Shown: one piece after another, positions 9,570 to 23,159 of the stretch
Layout: each line of letters opens with the position of its first letter
How positions within the stretch are numbered: position 1 is the stretch's first letter
Assembly: GCA_963724765.1 (NCBI GenBank)
Contig: CAVRVY010000004.1
Coordinates: 448,001-512,000 of the forward strand
Source of the DNA: an uncultured delta proteobacterium
Lineage (GTDB): Bacteria; Desulfobacterota; Binatia; Binatales; Binataceae
Reading direction: 5' to 3'
Length of the DNA: 64,000 nt
Made by a program: the position numbers and the translations under genes
Notes under the pieces: generated by a model
Database searches by the model: none
Told to the model about the DNA's origin: nothing
What the model saw: the letters and a program-made list of their open reading frames with translations, nothing else

Positions 9570-11103
9570 TCGATGGCAGTTCGTCGGCCAGGTCACCGGC
9601 CAGGTAGCCGACCGGGCCTATACGCGCGGCTAACCTGTCGGCGGCATGACCATGAACGAAGGCGCCGAACGCGAGCGCGTCGAGCGGCGCCAACCGCTGC
9701 GCCAGCAGCGCGCCGACCATCCCCGAGAGCACGTCGCCCATCCCCGGCGTCGCCATCCCGGGATTACCGCTCGCGTTGATATACACCTCGCCGCCGAGGC
9801 CCGCGATAACGGTGCGCGCGCCCTTGAGCAGGACCGCCGCGCCGCTGAAATCGCTGAGCCGTCGCGCCGCGCCGATACGGTCGGCGTTGACCTCGACGAT
9901 ACTCAGCCCGAGCAGGCGCGCGGCCTCGCCCGGATGCGGCGTCAGGACGATCGGACCCGCGGCGCGTTTGAGCGCGCCCGCGCCAATCTGCGCGACCATG
10001 TTGAGGCCGTCAGCGTCGATCAGCATCGGGCGGCGCGGCGCGACGCCTTCGGCGATGAGCCATTCCATCAGCGCGCGCGTATCGTCGCTTTGGCCGATTC
10101 CCGGACCGACCGCGAGCGCATCCTTGCCTTCGATCAGTTGCGCGAGCACAGCCGGAACGTGCTGTCCGTCGAAATGGCCGTCACGGTCGGCGATCGGCTC
10201 GGTCATCAACTCCGCCTGTCCTGCGGCGACGATCGCGCCGATCGCTTCGGGAATGGCGGTAGTCACCAGCCCCGCACCCATCCGCAGCGCGCCGCGCGAG
10301 GCCAGGATCGCCGCGCCCGACTTGCCGCGGCTTCCCGCGATCACCATCACATGGCCATAATTGCCCTTGTGCGAGTTGCGCGGACGCGAGCGCAGATACG
10401 GCCGCGCCTCGGCCGGGTCGAAAAATCTGCCGCGCGGCGCGATTTCGCCGATCGCGGCGGCTGCGAATCCGATCTCCGCGATCTCGAGTTCGCCGCACAA
10501 CTCCGCGCCCGGGTAGGAAGCGTGGCCGAACTTCGCAAAGCCGAAAGTGACGGTCAGCGCCGCGCGCACCGCCGCGCCCATCACTGCGCCGCTGTCCGAG
10601 TTGACGCCCGAGGCGATATCGACCGCGACCACCGGAGCGCCGGCGTGGTTTATCGCCTCGATTGCGCGGCGTGTAAGTCCCTTCACTTCGGCGTTCAGCC
10701 CGGTGCCGAAGATCGCGTCGACGACTACGCCCCACCGTCCGCCCATCGCCGCGTCGAGTTCGGCCTCGCCGGCAGCTTCGATCACCACGCCGCCGGCCTT
10801 GACGAACTCTGAATGCGCGCGGGCCGCGTCGCCCTTGAGCGCCGACGCACTCGCGAGCAGGATCGCGCGCACCGGCACCTGCTCGGCCATCAGCGCGCGC
10901 GCGGCGACCATCCCGTCGCCGCCGTTGTTGCCCTTGCCCGCGACGACCAGGACGCCGTGATGCACCGCGTGACGCCATCGATGCATCACGGCCGCGGCGA
11001 CCGCCTCGCCCGCGCGTGTCATCAGTGCGTAGGACGCGACGCCATATTTTTCCTGGCTCAAGCGATCGAGTTCGCGGCTCTCAGCGGCACTTAGCAGCTT
11101 CAC
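9550..11103 (-). CDS. nnr: Bifunctional NAD(P)HX epimerase/dehydratase
   Basis: GKGNNGGDG, DAIFGTG, VDIASG, HKGNYG, GPG, IDADGL, TPHPGE, GMGDVLSG. Confidence 0.93.
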   Translation of the reverse strand: MKLLSAAESRELDRLSQEKYGVASYALMTRAGEAVAAAVMHRWRHAVHHGVLVVAGKGNNGGDGMVAARALMAEQVPVRAILLASASALKGDAARAHSEFVKAGGVVIEAAGEAELDAAMGGRWGVVVDAIFGTGLNAEVKGLTRRAIEAINHAGAPVVAVDIASGVNSDSGAVMGAAVRAALTVTFGFAKFGHASYPGAELCGELEIAEIGFAAAAIGEIAPRGRFFDPAEARPYLRSRPRNSHKGNYGHVMVIAGSRGKSGAAILASRGALRMGAGLVTTAIPEAIGAIVAAGQAELMTEPIADRDGHFDGQHVPAVLAQLIEGKDALAVGPGIGQSDDTRALMEWLIAEGVAPRRPMLIDADGLNMVAQIGAGALKRAAGPIVLTPHPGEAARLLGLSIVEVNADRIGAARRLSDFSGAAVLLKGARTVIAGLGGEVYINASGNPGMATPGMGDVLSGMVGALLAQRLAPLDALAFGAFVHGHAADRLAARIGPVGYLAGDLADELPSTLAALG

Positions 11104-11117
11104 GCTCGCGCGCTCCT

Positions 11118-11963
11118 TCAGCGCCGCGCCGCGCGGACGTCGCCGGCGCGGGCCCGCGGCAGCGCAGCGGCGCGTCCGCTGTCGACCAGCGCCAGCATCT
11201 CACTCACCGCGCGGCTCATCCCGACGGAAATCGCCCGCGCGACGATCGCATGGCCGATATGCAGCCACTGGATTCCCACCAGCGTGGCGATCGGAGCGAC
11301 GTTGCCGTAATTAAGTCCGTGGCCGGCGTTGGGTTTGAGTCCAAGCGCGCGCGCGGCCTTGACCGCATCGCGGATTTTGCGCAACTCCGCCGCCGTGGCC
11401 TCGCCGGTTTTGACTTTGGCGGCCTTGAGCGTGCGCGGCGAATCGACGCCGGTGAGATAGCGCTCGGCGAGATCCTTGTCGGCCAAATTGGCGTAAGCGC
11501 CGGTATGAATTTCGACGAAGTCCGCGCCCAGCGCGGCCGCGGCTTCGATCTGAAGCTGCTCGGGGTCGATAAAGAGCGATATCCCGATGCCCGCCTGCTT
11601 GAGCTGAGCGATCATCGGCGCGAGCCGCGCGCTAAGCCCGGCCACGTCGAGGCCGCCCTCGGTGGTAATCTCCTGGCGCCGTTCGGGCACCAGGCAAACT
11701 TCGTGCGGGCGAATTTTGAGCGCCAGCTCGACCATCTCGTCTATCGGCGCAAGCTCCTGGTTGAGACGGACGTGAACCTCCTGGCGCAGGCGCAAGAGAT
11801 CGCGGTCCTGGATATGCCGCCGGTCTTCACGCAGATGGAAAGTAATCGCGCCGGCGCCGGCGCGCTCGGCGGCGAGCGCCGCCTCGACCGGATCGGGATA
11901 GTCCACGCGCCGCGCCTCGCGCAACGTGGCAACGTGATCGATATTGACGCCGAGTTGGGGCAT
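11118..11963 (-). CDS. pdxJ: Pyridoxine 5'-phosphate synthase
   Basis: LGVNIDHVATLR, HLREDRRHIQ, TTEGGLD, EIHTG, NAGHGL, IGH. Confidence 0.95.
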   Translation of the reverse strand: MPQLGVNIDHVATLREARRVDYPDPVEAALAAERAGAGAITFHLREDRRHIQDRDLLRLRQEVHVRLNQELAPIDEMVELALKIRPHEVCLVPERRQEITTEGGLDVAGLSARLAPMIAQLKQAGIGISLFIDPEQLQIEAAAALGADFVEIHTGAYANLADKDLAERYLTGVDSPRTLKAAKVKTGEATAAELRKIRDAVKAARALGLKPNAGHGLNYGNVAPIATLVGIQWLHIGHAIVARAISVGMSRAVSEMLALVDSGRAAALPRARAGDVRAARR

Positions 11964-11965
11964 CT

Positions 11966-13333
<1,368 letters not shown>

Positions 13334-13342
13334 AATTACGTC

Positions 13343-14374
13343 TCATCCGCTCCCGGCGCGCCTTTGCCGGTAGATTCTGACCCTGACATTGTCCGGGCTT
13401 GCGCGCACCAGTTGTATTCCGTCGGGTAGCTCTATCTGCACGGGGAGATCGTGTAATCCTGGCTCCGCATCTTCCGCCGTCACGAAGACCGAGCCGTGCA
13501 GGTCAAGGCCGGAAAGCTGGTTTACCGGTCCGCGCACTAAGACCGCGACCCGTTGCGGCTCGACCTTAACCTTGTAGTCGGTGTCGCGGACCTCGACCGG
13601 GAGACCGCGGAACTCGCGATCCGAGATGATTTCGCTTATCGAAACCGCCGCCGCTACCGCCTGCGGGCCCACGACGGTCACGCGATCACTGGGCGGCGGC
13701 AGGCTCACCGGCTGCTCGACGTCGGCCTTGGCGCCATTTATCTCGACCGGCGAGGTCTGGACGCTATCGACGTGCAGGACGAAGCGGCTAGGGCCGCGTA
13801 TAGTCGTGGCGGGCGGATTTGTCCTCGCCGAGACGACGCGATAGCCGGCAGCGGGCTGGCCCTGGACGTTCACATGGATAGGGACCTGGTGATCGATGAT
13901 GCGGTCGATTTCGAGCACGATCTGGCTGGGCGAGATGCGCGTCACGTCGGTCTGGCGCGGAACGTTGAACATCTCGGGCCCGATTTTGAACACCGCCTGC
14001 CCCAGGGTGACGCCGCTTAAGTCCAGGCGCAGCACCATGCGATCGGGATCGAGCAGCGAGAGCAGCGTGCGGGGCCCCCGCACTTCGATTTGCACGAACT
14101 CTGGACGCTGATTGACGATCACCAGCCCGGCCGGCAGCGCCCGATAGCTTATCGGCACGCGCATCGGGGCCAGCGCGCCGCGCTGCCCGGCGTTGACGAA
14201 AAACCAAAGTCCAATGGCAAGCAGAAGAGCGATCGCGCGCAGGCCCAGGTTGCGCCGCACGCGCTGGAGCAGGAGCGGCCGCAGGGGAGGACTTATCTGC
14301 CGCGGCACGTCGCCGCCCACGAGCAGCCTGGTCAATGCGCTCCTGAGACGGGTCGCGATCGCTGTGCGCTCCAT
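13343..14374 (-). CDS. cdaR: CdaR/YbbR-domain regulator of diadenylate cyclase
   Basis: One TM helix followed by repeated V.V.GP YbbR-like domains; sits between cdaA and glmM. Confidence 0.85.
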   Translation of the reverse strand: MERTAIATRLRSALTRLLVGGDVPRQISPPLRPLLLQRVRRNLGLRAIALLLAIGLWFFVNAGQRGALAPMRVPISYRALPAGLVIVNQRPEFVQIEVRGPRTLLSLLDPDRMVLRLDLSGVTLGQAVFKIGPEMFNVPRQTDVTRISPSQIVLEIDRIIDHQVPIHVNVQGQPAAGYRVVSARTNPPATTIRGPSRFVLHVDSVQTSPVEINGAKADVEQPVSLPPPSDRVTVVGPQAVAAAVSISEIISDREFRGLPVEVRDTDYKVKVEPQRVAVLVRGPVNQLSGLDLHGSVFVTAEDAEPGLHDLPVQIELPDGIQLVRASPDNVRVRIYRQRRAGSG

Positions 14375-14389
14375 TGTACCGCGCTCCTG

Positions 14390-15139
14390 CTAGACCATCG
14401 TGACCAGGATGCCGAGCAAGTCCTCGGGACTCAGGCCGCGCTGCAATTCGCCGTTGCGTGCGAGCGAGATGGTCCCGTCCTCCTCCGAGACCACAATCAC
14501 CGCGGCGTCGCTGTCCTCGGTGATTCCGATGGCTGCGCGATGGCGCGTGCCGAGCGCAAGGTTCACGTTGGGATTGGTCGACAGCGGCAGCAGGCAGGCG
14601 GCCGCCAGCACGTGCTCGCCCTTTATGATCACCGCCCCGTCGTGCAGCGGCGAGCCGCGCATGAAAATGGTCTCCACCAGCTCGGGGGAGAGTTGCGCAT
14701 CGAGGATGCGGCCGGTCTCGACATAGTCGTTCAAGCCGACTTCCTGCTCGAGCACGATGAGCGCGCCGATCCGGCGCGCGGAAAGCCACGCGGCCGCATT
14801 GACCAGCTCCTGCGCCACGCTGGCCACCGTGACGTGGCCGGCCAGGAAGGTCGGCGTGCCGACCCGGGTCAGCGCGCGGCGGATATCAGACTGGAAAATC
14901 ACCACCAGGATTAAAAGCAGCGAGCCCAGGAAATTGTTGAGCAGCCAGTTGAGCGTGAACAGGCCCAGAAGCTGCGAGCCAACGAAAGCGCCGGCCACGA
15001 CCAGCAGGCCCACCACCATCTGCATTGTGCGCGTGCCGCGGATGAGCAGCGCGATTCGGTAGATTACGTAGGCGACAATCAGGATGTCGAGCACATCCTG
15101 CCATCGCAGCTTGGGAACCAGGCCGAAGTATTGCTCCAT
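14390..15139 (-). CDS. cdaA: Diadenylate cyclase CdaA
   Basis: Three N-terminal TM helices; PLHDGA (DGA) and GTRHRAA (RHR) DAC motifs. Confidence 0.93.
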   Translation of the reverse strand: MEQYFGLVPKLRWQDVLDILIVAYVIYRIALLIRGTRTMQMVVGLLVVAGAFVGSQLLGLFTLNWLLNNFLGSLLLILVVIFQSDIRRALTRVGTPTFLAGHVTVASVAQELVNAAAWLSARRIGALIVLEQEVGLNDYVETGRILDAQLSPELVETIFMRGSPLHDGAVIIKGEHVLAAACLLPLSTNPNVNLALGTRHRAAIGITEDSDAAVIVVSEEDGTISLARNGELQRGLSPEDLLGILVTMV

Positions 15140-15150
15140 AGCGGGTTGGC

Positions 15151-16020
15151 CTAGCCGCCGCCGTTGGAGGATTTGATTGCCGCCGCCATCTTCACCGCCG
15201 CCACCGCCAAGCCAACGTCATGCACGCGCACCAACGCAACGCCTGCGGCGACCGCAATCGCGCTCACCGCCGCCGTCGCGGATTCGACCGCGGCCGGTTG
15301 AGCGCCGGCCGTGACGCGTACGAAACCCTTGCGCGACGCTCCTACCAGTATGGGATAGCCCAGCGCGCAGAGCCGCGGCAAGGCGCCGAGCAGGGCGAGG
15401 CTATGGCGCGCCTGCTTGGCGAACCCCAGGCCGGGATCGAGAATGATGCGCGAGGGCGCCACGCCGGCGCGGATAGCGTCGCGCGCGCGCGCTGCGAGAA
15501 AGGCCTCGACCTCGCTGACCACGTCGCGATAGTGCGCGAACTTCATGTGATTCTCGGGGCCGCCGCGCATATGCATCAGGACCACTGCGCACCTGCGCGC
15601 CGCCACTAGCGGCGCCATCCCGGGGTCGGCCTCAAGCGCGCTCAGGTCGTTGACGATCGCCGCGCCCGCGTCGAGCGCGACGCGCGCGACGGCAGCCTTG
15701 CGCGTGTCGATCGAGATCGGCACGCGGAGCCGTCCTCCGAGCCTTTTCAGCACCGGCGCGACACGCTCGATTTCGATGGCGGCCGGAACCTCACGCGCTC
15801 CGTGCGGACGGGTCGATTCGGCGCCGATATCGATAATCGCGGCGCCGGCCGCCTCCATCTCCAGCGCATGATCGGCCGCGCGGCGCGGATCGAGGTATCG
15901 CCCGCCGTCAGAAAATGAATCGGGCGTGACATTGAGCACGCCCATCACGGCGGGAAAGCGGATAACCCGTCCGTCACCAAGACGAAGCGAGTTCCGACGG
16001 CGATGTGCTCTCACTTCCAA
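15151..16020 (-). CDS. folP: Dihydropteroate synthase
   Basis: MGVLNVTPDSFSDGG, DIGAESTRP, SIDT, DPGLGF, SRK, RVHDV. Confidence 0.95.
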   Translation of the reverse strand: MEVRAHRRRNSLRLGDGRVIRFPAVMGVLNVTPDSFSDGGRYLDPRRAADHALEMEAAGAAIIDIGAESTRPHGAREVPAAIEIERVAPVLKRLGGRLRVPISIDTRKAAVARVALDAGAAIVNDLSALEADPGMAPLVAARRCAVVLMHMRGGPENHMKFAHYRDVVSEVEAFLAARARDAIRAGVAPSRIILDPGLGFAKQARHSLALLGALPRLCALGYPILVGASRKGFVRVTAGAQPAAVESATAAVSAIAVAAGVALVRVHDVGLAVAAVKMAAAIKSSNGGG

Positions 16021-16200
16021 GCCTGAATTCTCCGCAAGCCGGACTTAATTGACGCGCCTCCATCGACGACGCGCCTCTACTGAGGATACACGCGCGGCGG
16101 CTTCGACGGGACGGGGTACGACCGTAAATCGACGCACTGCGCCGTCAGATGAGTGCGCATAGCACAAAGAATTCGACTCGGGGCGGCGGGACGGAAGGGG

Positions 16201-16253
16201 ATAAGAAAAGGGCCCCTCGCTCTACCCTCCCCCGCATACAAATCGCGGGCGAG
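16201..16253 (-). terminator. REP-like hairpin / probable intrinsic terminator after ftsH
   Basis: CCCGC-N9-GCGGG stem within ACCCTCCCCCGCA...CGCGGGCGAG, followed on the minus strand by a T-rich tract; similar element at ~40370. Confidence 0.45.
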
Positions 16254-16277
16254 AACAAAAAAAACGAGAGCGGATAC

Positions 16278-18209
<1,932 letters not shown>

Positions 18210-18279
18210 TCTTGGTTAAAGGGTACCATGCGGCTTCATTTGCAAGCAACGCATCATTAGTTGAATCGCAAGCGCTTCT

Positions 18280-19758
18280 TCATGCGCGCATCGCGTGTTC
18301 AAACGCCTGTAAGCGCAACACCCGGACGGTTTCTTCTGTAATCAACGCGACCTTGCCGCGCACCATCCCCGGAACCCATGCGATCTGCCCTTCCAACGTA
18401 ATCACTGGGAAGGTTTTGCGGCGCGGCCGCGCCAGTTTGCGGTCGACAAAGATGTCGTGGAGCTTGCGTGAGCCTTCCATGCCGAGCGGAGAAACCCGGT
18501 CGCCGGGTGCAAAATTGCGCACCACCAGGCCGGCAGCGACGCGGTCGGCATCGAAGCAGGCCTCCTCAAGGCCAAGGGGCATCGATGCGGCGTCGGCCGG
18601 CATCACGCTCGAACGAAAGACGAAACGCGCCCCTGGCACCTTCGTGACACCCTTGCACGCGATGGCCACGGCAAATCCGTCCGCGGCGGCTGCGAAGCGC
18701 CGGCCGTCATGAGCCTCGGCCCGCGGTTTCATCGAAAGCGCGGCATAGCGGCGTTCGGCGCGCCAGCCGCTGGGCAGATCGAGCGCACCGCTGGGAGAAT
18801 TGCTCAGGCATAGCCGGCGTAGATCGTCGATATGGCGGCGCGTGAGGTGGCGAAGGCTCCCGATTCGCGCGGCGAGAAACTCTCGCAGGAGCGCCGCGGC
18901 TAATGCCGGAGGCAATCCGGCGAAGCCATTGAGATCCAAAAGATCCAGCGGGCCGCCTGACACGCTCTCCCGCAGACGCAGGCCAAGCTCGATTCGCGCC
19001 GCACCCGTGACGTAGTCGTCAAGCTCGCGCATCTCTGTGGCGAGCGCAGCGAGACGGCGGCGCAATCCCGGCGCATAGTCGCGCTCAAGCTCCGGCAGCA
19101 GCTCGAGCCGCACGCGGTTGCGCAAAAAACCCCGATGCGCGTTGCTGCCGTCGCTCACGAAACGCGCGCCGATCGAATCCAGGTAGCGCAGGATTTCGTG
19201 CCGCCCCACGCGCAACAGCGGCCGCAGGACCGTCAACCCGGTTGGCGCGAGAGTCGCCGTCTGGGCCATCGCGCCAAGCCCGGCCGCTCCCGCGCCTCGC
19301 AACAGCCGGAGCATCACCGTCTCGGCCTGGTCGTCCGCATGATGAGCGGTCGCGATACGCGACGCGCCAATTCGCGTTGCCGCGGCGGCGAGAAACGCAT
19401 AGCGGAGCTCGCGCGCTCGCTCCTCGAGATTGGGCGCGGCGGAATCGAGATCGCTTGATTGCTCGACCACCAATTCGACGCCGAGCGTCGAACAGAGCTC
19501 GCGCACGAAGGCCTCATCGCGGTCGGACTCGGCGCCGCGCAGACGATGGTTCAAATGGGCAGCCACCAGGCGATAGTCGAAGCGCGGCGCCAACTCGCGC
19601 AGGCCGTAGAGCAGCGCGACCGAGTCGGAGCCGCCCGAGAGCGCGAGCACGATCGATTCACCGGCCGATTCCGCGCAAGGATTGCCTCGGCCGAGCCCCG
19701 CCCGTTCGAGCGCCCGAGCAATCTTGCCAACCAGGTATGATTTTGCCGCGGAGTTCAT
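18280..19758 (-). CDS. tilS: tRNA(Ile)-lysidine synthetase
   Basis: ALSGGSDS, HLNHRLRG, AHHADDQAET, RPLL, RNRVR, C-terminal TilS domain; start uncertain. Confidence 0.92.
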   Translation of the reverse strand: MNSAAKSYLVGKIARALERAGLGRGNPCAESAGESIVLALSGGSDSVALLYGLRELAPRFDYRLVAAHLNHRLRGAESDRDEAFVRELCSTLGVELVVEQSSDLDSAAPNLEERARELRYAFLAAAATRIGASRIATAHHADDQAETVMLRLLRGAGAAGLGAMAQTATLAPTGLTVLRPLLRVGRHEILRYLDSIGARFVSDGSNAHRGFLRNRVRLELLPELERDYAPGLRRRLAALATEMRELDDYVTGAARIELGLRLRESVSGGPLDLLDLNGFAGLPPALAAALLREFLAARIGSLRHLTRRHIDDLRRLCLSNSPSGALDLPSGWRAERRYAALSMKPRAEAHDGRRFAAAADGFAVAIACKGVTKVPGARFVFRSSVMPADAASMPLGLEEACFDADRVAAGLVVRNFAPGDRVSPLGMEGSRKLHDIFVDRKLARPRRKTFPVITLEGQIAWVPGMVRGKVALITEETVRVLRLQAFEHAMRA

Positions 19759-19875
19759 CGCGCATGCGGGCATCTGATGCCGGCCCGAGGCGGAGCGTAA
19801 AGAGTACGACGGCACTTCCGACACCGCAATCGCAGTATGTCTGTCGCCATTGCCGCACAAGGAGCGCAAGCGCGC

Positions 19876-20202
19876 TCAGCGATGCATTTGGTCGAGCAGG
19901 TTGAGGATTATGTCGATGCCCGGGAGGTTCACCTCGAGCTCCTCGGCGAGCGTGCGGATGAGTCTCGCGCGCCGCAGCGTCTGCGAGGCGTAGAGCGGCT
20001 CGCGGCGCCCGTCGAGCATGACCACGCGCTCTGGAGCAACCAGCGCTTCGTCCTCCCACCTCGCAAGCTCGCGCTCGCTCACGCCGCTCAGCACGCAAAA
20101 CGCGTCGCGGCTGACGAGGGCCGGCGCACCGGAAGCCCGGCGGCGGCGGCCGGGTCCGCGCCGCTGCACAGTGCTGGCACGCCGCTTCATGGGACTACTC
20201 AC
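19876..20202 (-). CDS. Chaperone modulator CbpM / MerR-HspR-like protein
   Basis: [28 protein letters not shown] motif; overlaps the end of the DnaJ-family gene. Confidence 0.8.
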   Translation of the reverse strand: MSSPMKRRASTVQRRGPGRRRRASGAPALVSRDAFCVLSGVSERELARWEDEALVAPERVVMLDGRREPLYASQTLRRARLIRTLAEELEVNLPGIDIILNLLDQMHR

Positions 20203-21316
20203 GGATCAAGTCGGCTCGCGGGTCGGGCACCGCGCGCGCCTGGCGCCGCTCCGCGAAATCCTGCATCAGTTTGCGTTCTTCATCGGTCATATCGATCGGA
20301 GCCAACACCTTGAGTTCATACAAGAGGTCGCCCGCCGCCTCTTTGCCGCGTCCGGGCAGTCCGCGCCCGCGCAGCCGCATCACCCGCCCGGTCTGACTGC
20401 CGGAGGGAATTTTCAATGACACCCGCCCGTCGAGCGTTGGCACGGTTATCTCGGCGCCCAGCGCCGCTTCGTAGTCCCATACCGGCAACTCGCATCGCAG
20501 GTCGCGCCCGCTGACGCTGAAGACGCGATCGGGCTTAAGGCGCACGGTGAGGAAGAGGTCGCCGTTGAATTCCGGGCGCGGACCCTTGCCGCCCTGCCCT
20601 TTAAGCCGCATCCGGGTGCCGTCGAACACGCCCGGCGGAATCGTCACCTCGAGCGAACGGCGGGCCAGGATAGTCCCACGGCCGTGACATACCGGGCAGG
20701 GCTCGGCGGCGCGGACGACGCGCGTTTTGCCGCGGCGCTCTTCGCGCGCGACCACGCCGGTGCCGCCGCAATTCGTGCAGCCGTCTTCGGCGTTGAGCTC
20801 GATACGCATCTTGGCGCCGCGCATCGCGTCGCGCAGCGGGACCTCGACCTGGGCGTCGATATCGCGGCCGCGTGGCGGCTCTTCGCTGAATTCGTAGCCC
20901 GAAAAGCCGCGCGGCGCGCGGCCAGTAGCGCCGCGGCCGGAAAATCCGCCACCCAGGCCGCCGAAGAATTGCTCGAAGAAGTCGCTGAAGCCGCCGCCGC
21001 CAGCGCCGGCGTCGCCCGGACTGTAACCGCCGCTGCCGGGCGGCGCGCCACTCCAGCCATAGCGGCGCCGCATCTCCTCTTCAGTGGTGCCGCGCTCCCA
21101 GTCCGCTCCAAGCTCGTCGTACTTCTTGCGCTTGGCCGAATCGCTGAGGACCTGGTAGGCCTCGTTGATCTGCTTGAAGCGGGTCTCGGCGTCCTTGTTG
21201 TTGGGATTGACGTCGGGATGATGCTTGCGGGCGAGTTTGCGGTAGGCCGACTTGATTTCGGCCGCCGAAGCGCCGCGCTCGACGCCCAGGGTCTTGTAGT
21301 AGTCGCGGAATTCCAT
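20195..21316 (-). CDS. DnaJ/CbpA-family co-chaperone
   Basis: J-domain with HPD, G/F-rich region, two CxxCxGxG motifs, DnaJ C-terminal domains. Confidence 0.92.
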   Translation of the reverse strand: MEFRDYYKTLGVERGASAAEIKSAYRKLARKHHPDVNPNNKDAETRFKQINEAYQVLSDSAKRKKYDELGADWERGTTEEEMRRRYGWSGAPPGSGGYSPGDAGAGGGGFSDFFEQFFGGLGGGFSGRGATGRAPRGFSGYEFSEEPPRGRDIDAQVEVPLRDAMRGAKMRIELNAEDGCTNCGGTGVVAREERRGKTRVVRAAEPCPVCHGRGTILARRSLEVTIPPGVFDGTRMRLKGQGGKGPRPEFNGDLFLTVRLKPDRVFSVSGRDLRCELPVWDYEAALGAEITVPTLDGRVSLKIPSGSQTGRVMRLRGRGLPGRGKEAAGDLLYELKVLAPIDMTDEERKLMQDFAERRQARAVPDPRADLIRE

Positions 21317-21368
21317 CTAGGCGGCGGTCACTCCCACTGGCACGGCCTCATCAACGATATCCTCCCGG

Positions 21369-21412
21369 ATATTGTCCCGCACAATATGACGCATCAGGTA
21401 CTATGACGCATC
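21369..21412. promoter_or_regulatory. Palindrome plus direct repeat upstream of the DnaJ/CbpA gene
   Basis: ATATTGT-N5-ACAATAT followed by TATGACGCATC-N6-TATGACGCATC. Confidence 0.35.
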
Positions 21413-21463
21413 CGGTGTAAAGATGCGCACGATTGTTCGCCCTCGCAAGCCGCCGCTTGGAAT

Positions 21464-21652
21464 TCAGGAGCCCGCGCGGAGCTCGGCTCCTTTGGCGGCG
21501 CCGGCGGCTTTATCGAGCGCCCGCATCCGCGCTTCCATCGCTCGCAGCTCGGCCTCCAACGCCACCTGGCGGCGCCAGATGAAGAGCACGTAGCCAAAGA
21601 TCACAGCGAAGATTATCGCGTAGGCGGCGAACAGGTAGCTCAGGTTGTCCAT
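21464..21652 (-). CDS. ccmD: Heme exporter protein CcmD
   Basis: MDNLSYLFAAYAIIFAVIFGYVLFIWRRQ.. single TM then charged coil; follows ccmC. Confidence 0.8.
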   Translation of the reverse strand: MDNLSYLFAAYAIIFAVIFGYVLFIWRRQVALEAELRAMEARMRALDKAAGAAKGAELRAGS

Positions 21653-21733
21653 TAGCGATTTCTCGCGCAGCGATAACACGTCCAACGGATTCTCTGACGG
21701 CAAATTCTCTGCCCGCGATTTCCAGTCAGGTTT

Positions 21734-22442
21734 CTAATCCTGCGCCGCAGCCTCGGCCAGCGCCAGCGTGCGCGCGAGCGCGCCCAGCCGCGTATGCATC
21801 CGCAGCGTGACGAAACGCAGGCATAAAATCCAGATGTAGAGCGCGGTAAACGCGGCGAGCGAGACCAGCAGCGTCGCGACCATCCGCGGGTCTTCGAGCC
21901 CGTGGCCGCCCTGGCGAGTGACCAGCACCGCGGGATGGATCGTGCGCCACAGCCGCACCGAGACAATCACAATCGGCACGTCGATAGCGGCGACGATTCC
22001 CACCACCGCGCCGAAGCGCGCGCCCTGCTCCGAATCGCCGGCCATCGCGCGCAGCATCAGGTACCCGCCATACAGCAGCCACAGGATTAGCGTGGTCGTC
22101 AGGCGCGAGTCCCAGGTCCACCATGCACCCCAGATAGGCTTGGCCCAAATCGAGCCCGTGATCAGCACCAGCGTGCAGAAGACCATCCCGGTCTCGGCGG
22201 CGGCGTAGCCAAGGTCGTCCCACACCTGCTGCGCCGAGCCACAGGTAAAAAATCCCGGCGATCGCCACCAGCGCGAAGGAGACGAACGCGACCCACGCGC
22301 AGGGCACGTGGAAGTAGAAGATGCGCTGCACGATTCCCTGGTCGGCCTCGGTCGGCACGTAGACGAATACCATGTAGAGCGCCGCGAGCATCAGCGCCAG
22401 CGTGAGGAGGCCGAGTCCGAGCCTGACTGCGCGGCCGTTCAT
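21734..22442 (-). pseudogene. ccmC: CcmC heme exporter with a 1-nt frameshift near 22232 (real lesion or assembly error)
   Basis: N-half QRIFYFHVPCAW in ORF 21726..22442; C-half TGSIWAKPIWGAWWTWDSRLT (WWD motif) and WRTIHP in ORF 21734..22225; junction CTC GGC G CAG CAG GTG TGG. Confidence 0.85.
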
Positions 22443-23116
22443 TCACTCTCCCCCGCAACATATTCGAACAGCAGGTAGCCGGCGGCGACGAACATCACGT
22501 CGAAAGCGACCAGCACCTTGAGCCACACCGCAAGATCGCCGAGCGGCGCGCCGCCGAGCGCCGACGCGCTCGCCTTGACCCCGGCGATAAGCGCCGGCAC
22601 GAACATCGGCACCGCCAGCAGCGGCAGCACCAGGTCGCCGCCGCGCAGGCGCGAGGAAATCGCGGCGAGCAGGGTCGCCAGCGCGGCGAAGCCAAGCGCG
22701 CCGAGCAGCACCGCTGGCACCAGGCGGATCACGCGCGCGTCGAACTCGAGATTGAAAAACAGCACCATCAGGATGATCGAGGCGGCCTCGGCCACGGCCA
22801 TGAAGATGAAGGCCGCGGCGAGCTTCGCCGCATAGAGCGCGGCGCGATCGAGCGGGCTCAGCAGCAGCGCCCGAATACAGCCGTTTTCGTTCTCGGCGCT
22901 GACCGCGCGCGTCGCCCCCAGCATCCCCGAGAACACCAGTGCGACCCAAAGCGCGCCGGCCGCGGCCTCAACGCCCTGCTCGCCGCCGCCGGAGTTAAAC
23001 GCGAACACCAGCACCACCAGCACCAGCAGCGAAAGCGCGCCGAGCGCGACCGTGCTCTGCCCGCCGCGCACTTCGAGCAGCAGGTCCTTGCGCAAGACCG
23101 CGACTAAGGAGGTCAT
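22439..23116 (-). CDS. ccmB: Heme exporter permease CcmB
   Basis: KDLLLE, six hydrophobic segments, ExENG, LLPLL.P..VP motif. Confidence 0.9.
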   Translation of the reverse strand: MTSLVAVLRKDLLLEVRGGQSTVALGALSLLVLVVLVFAFNSGGGEQGVEAAAGALWVALVFSGMLGATRAVSAENENGCIRALLLSPLDRAALYAAKLAAAFIFMAVAEAASIILMVLFFNLEFDARVIRLVPAVLLGALGFAALATLLAAISSRLRGGDLVLPLLAVPMFVPALIAGVKASASALGGAPLGDLAVWLKVLVAFDVMFVAAGYLLFEYVAGESE

Positions 23117-23130
23117 CTTGATCCCCCGAA

Positions 23131-23157
23131 TCTCACGAGTCTCACGAACCTCACGAG
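23131..23157. repeat. Three 9-bp tandem repeats immediately after the ccmA stop
   Basis: TCTCACGAG / TCTCACGAA / CCTCACGAG. Confidence 0.7.
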
Positions 23158-23159
23158 CG

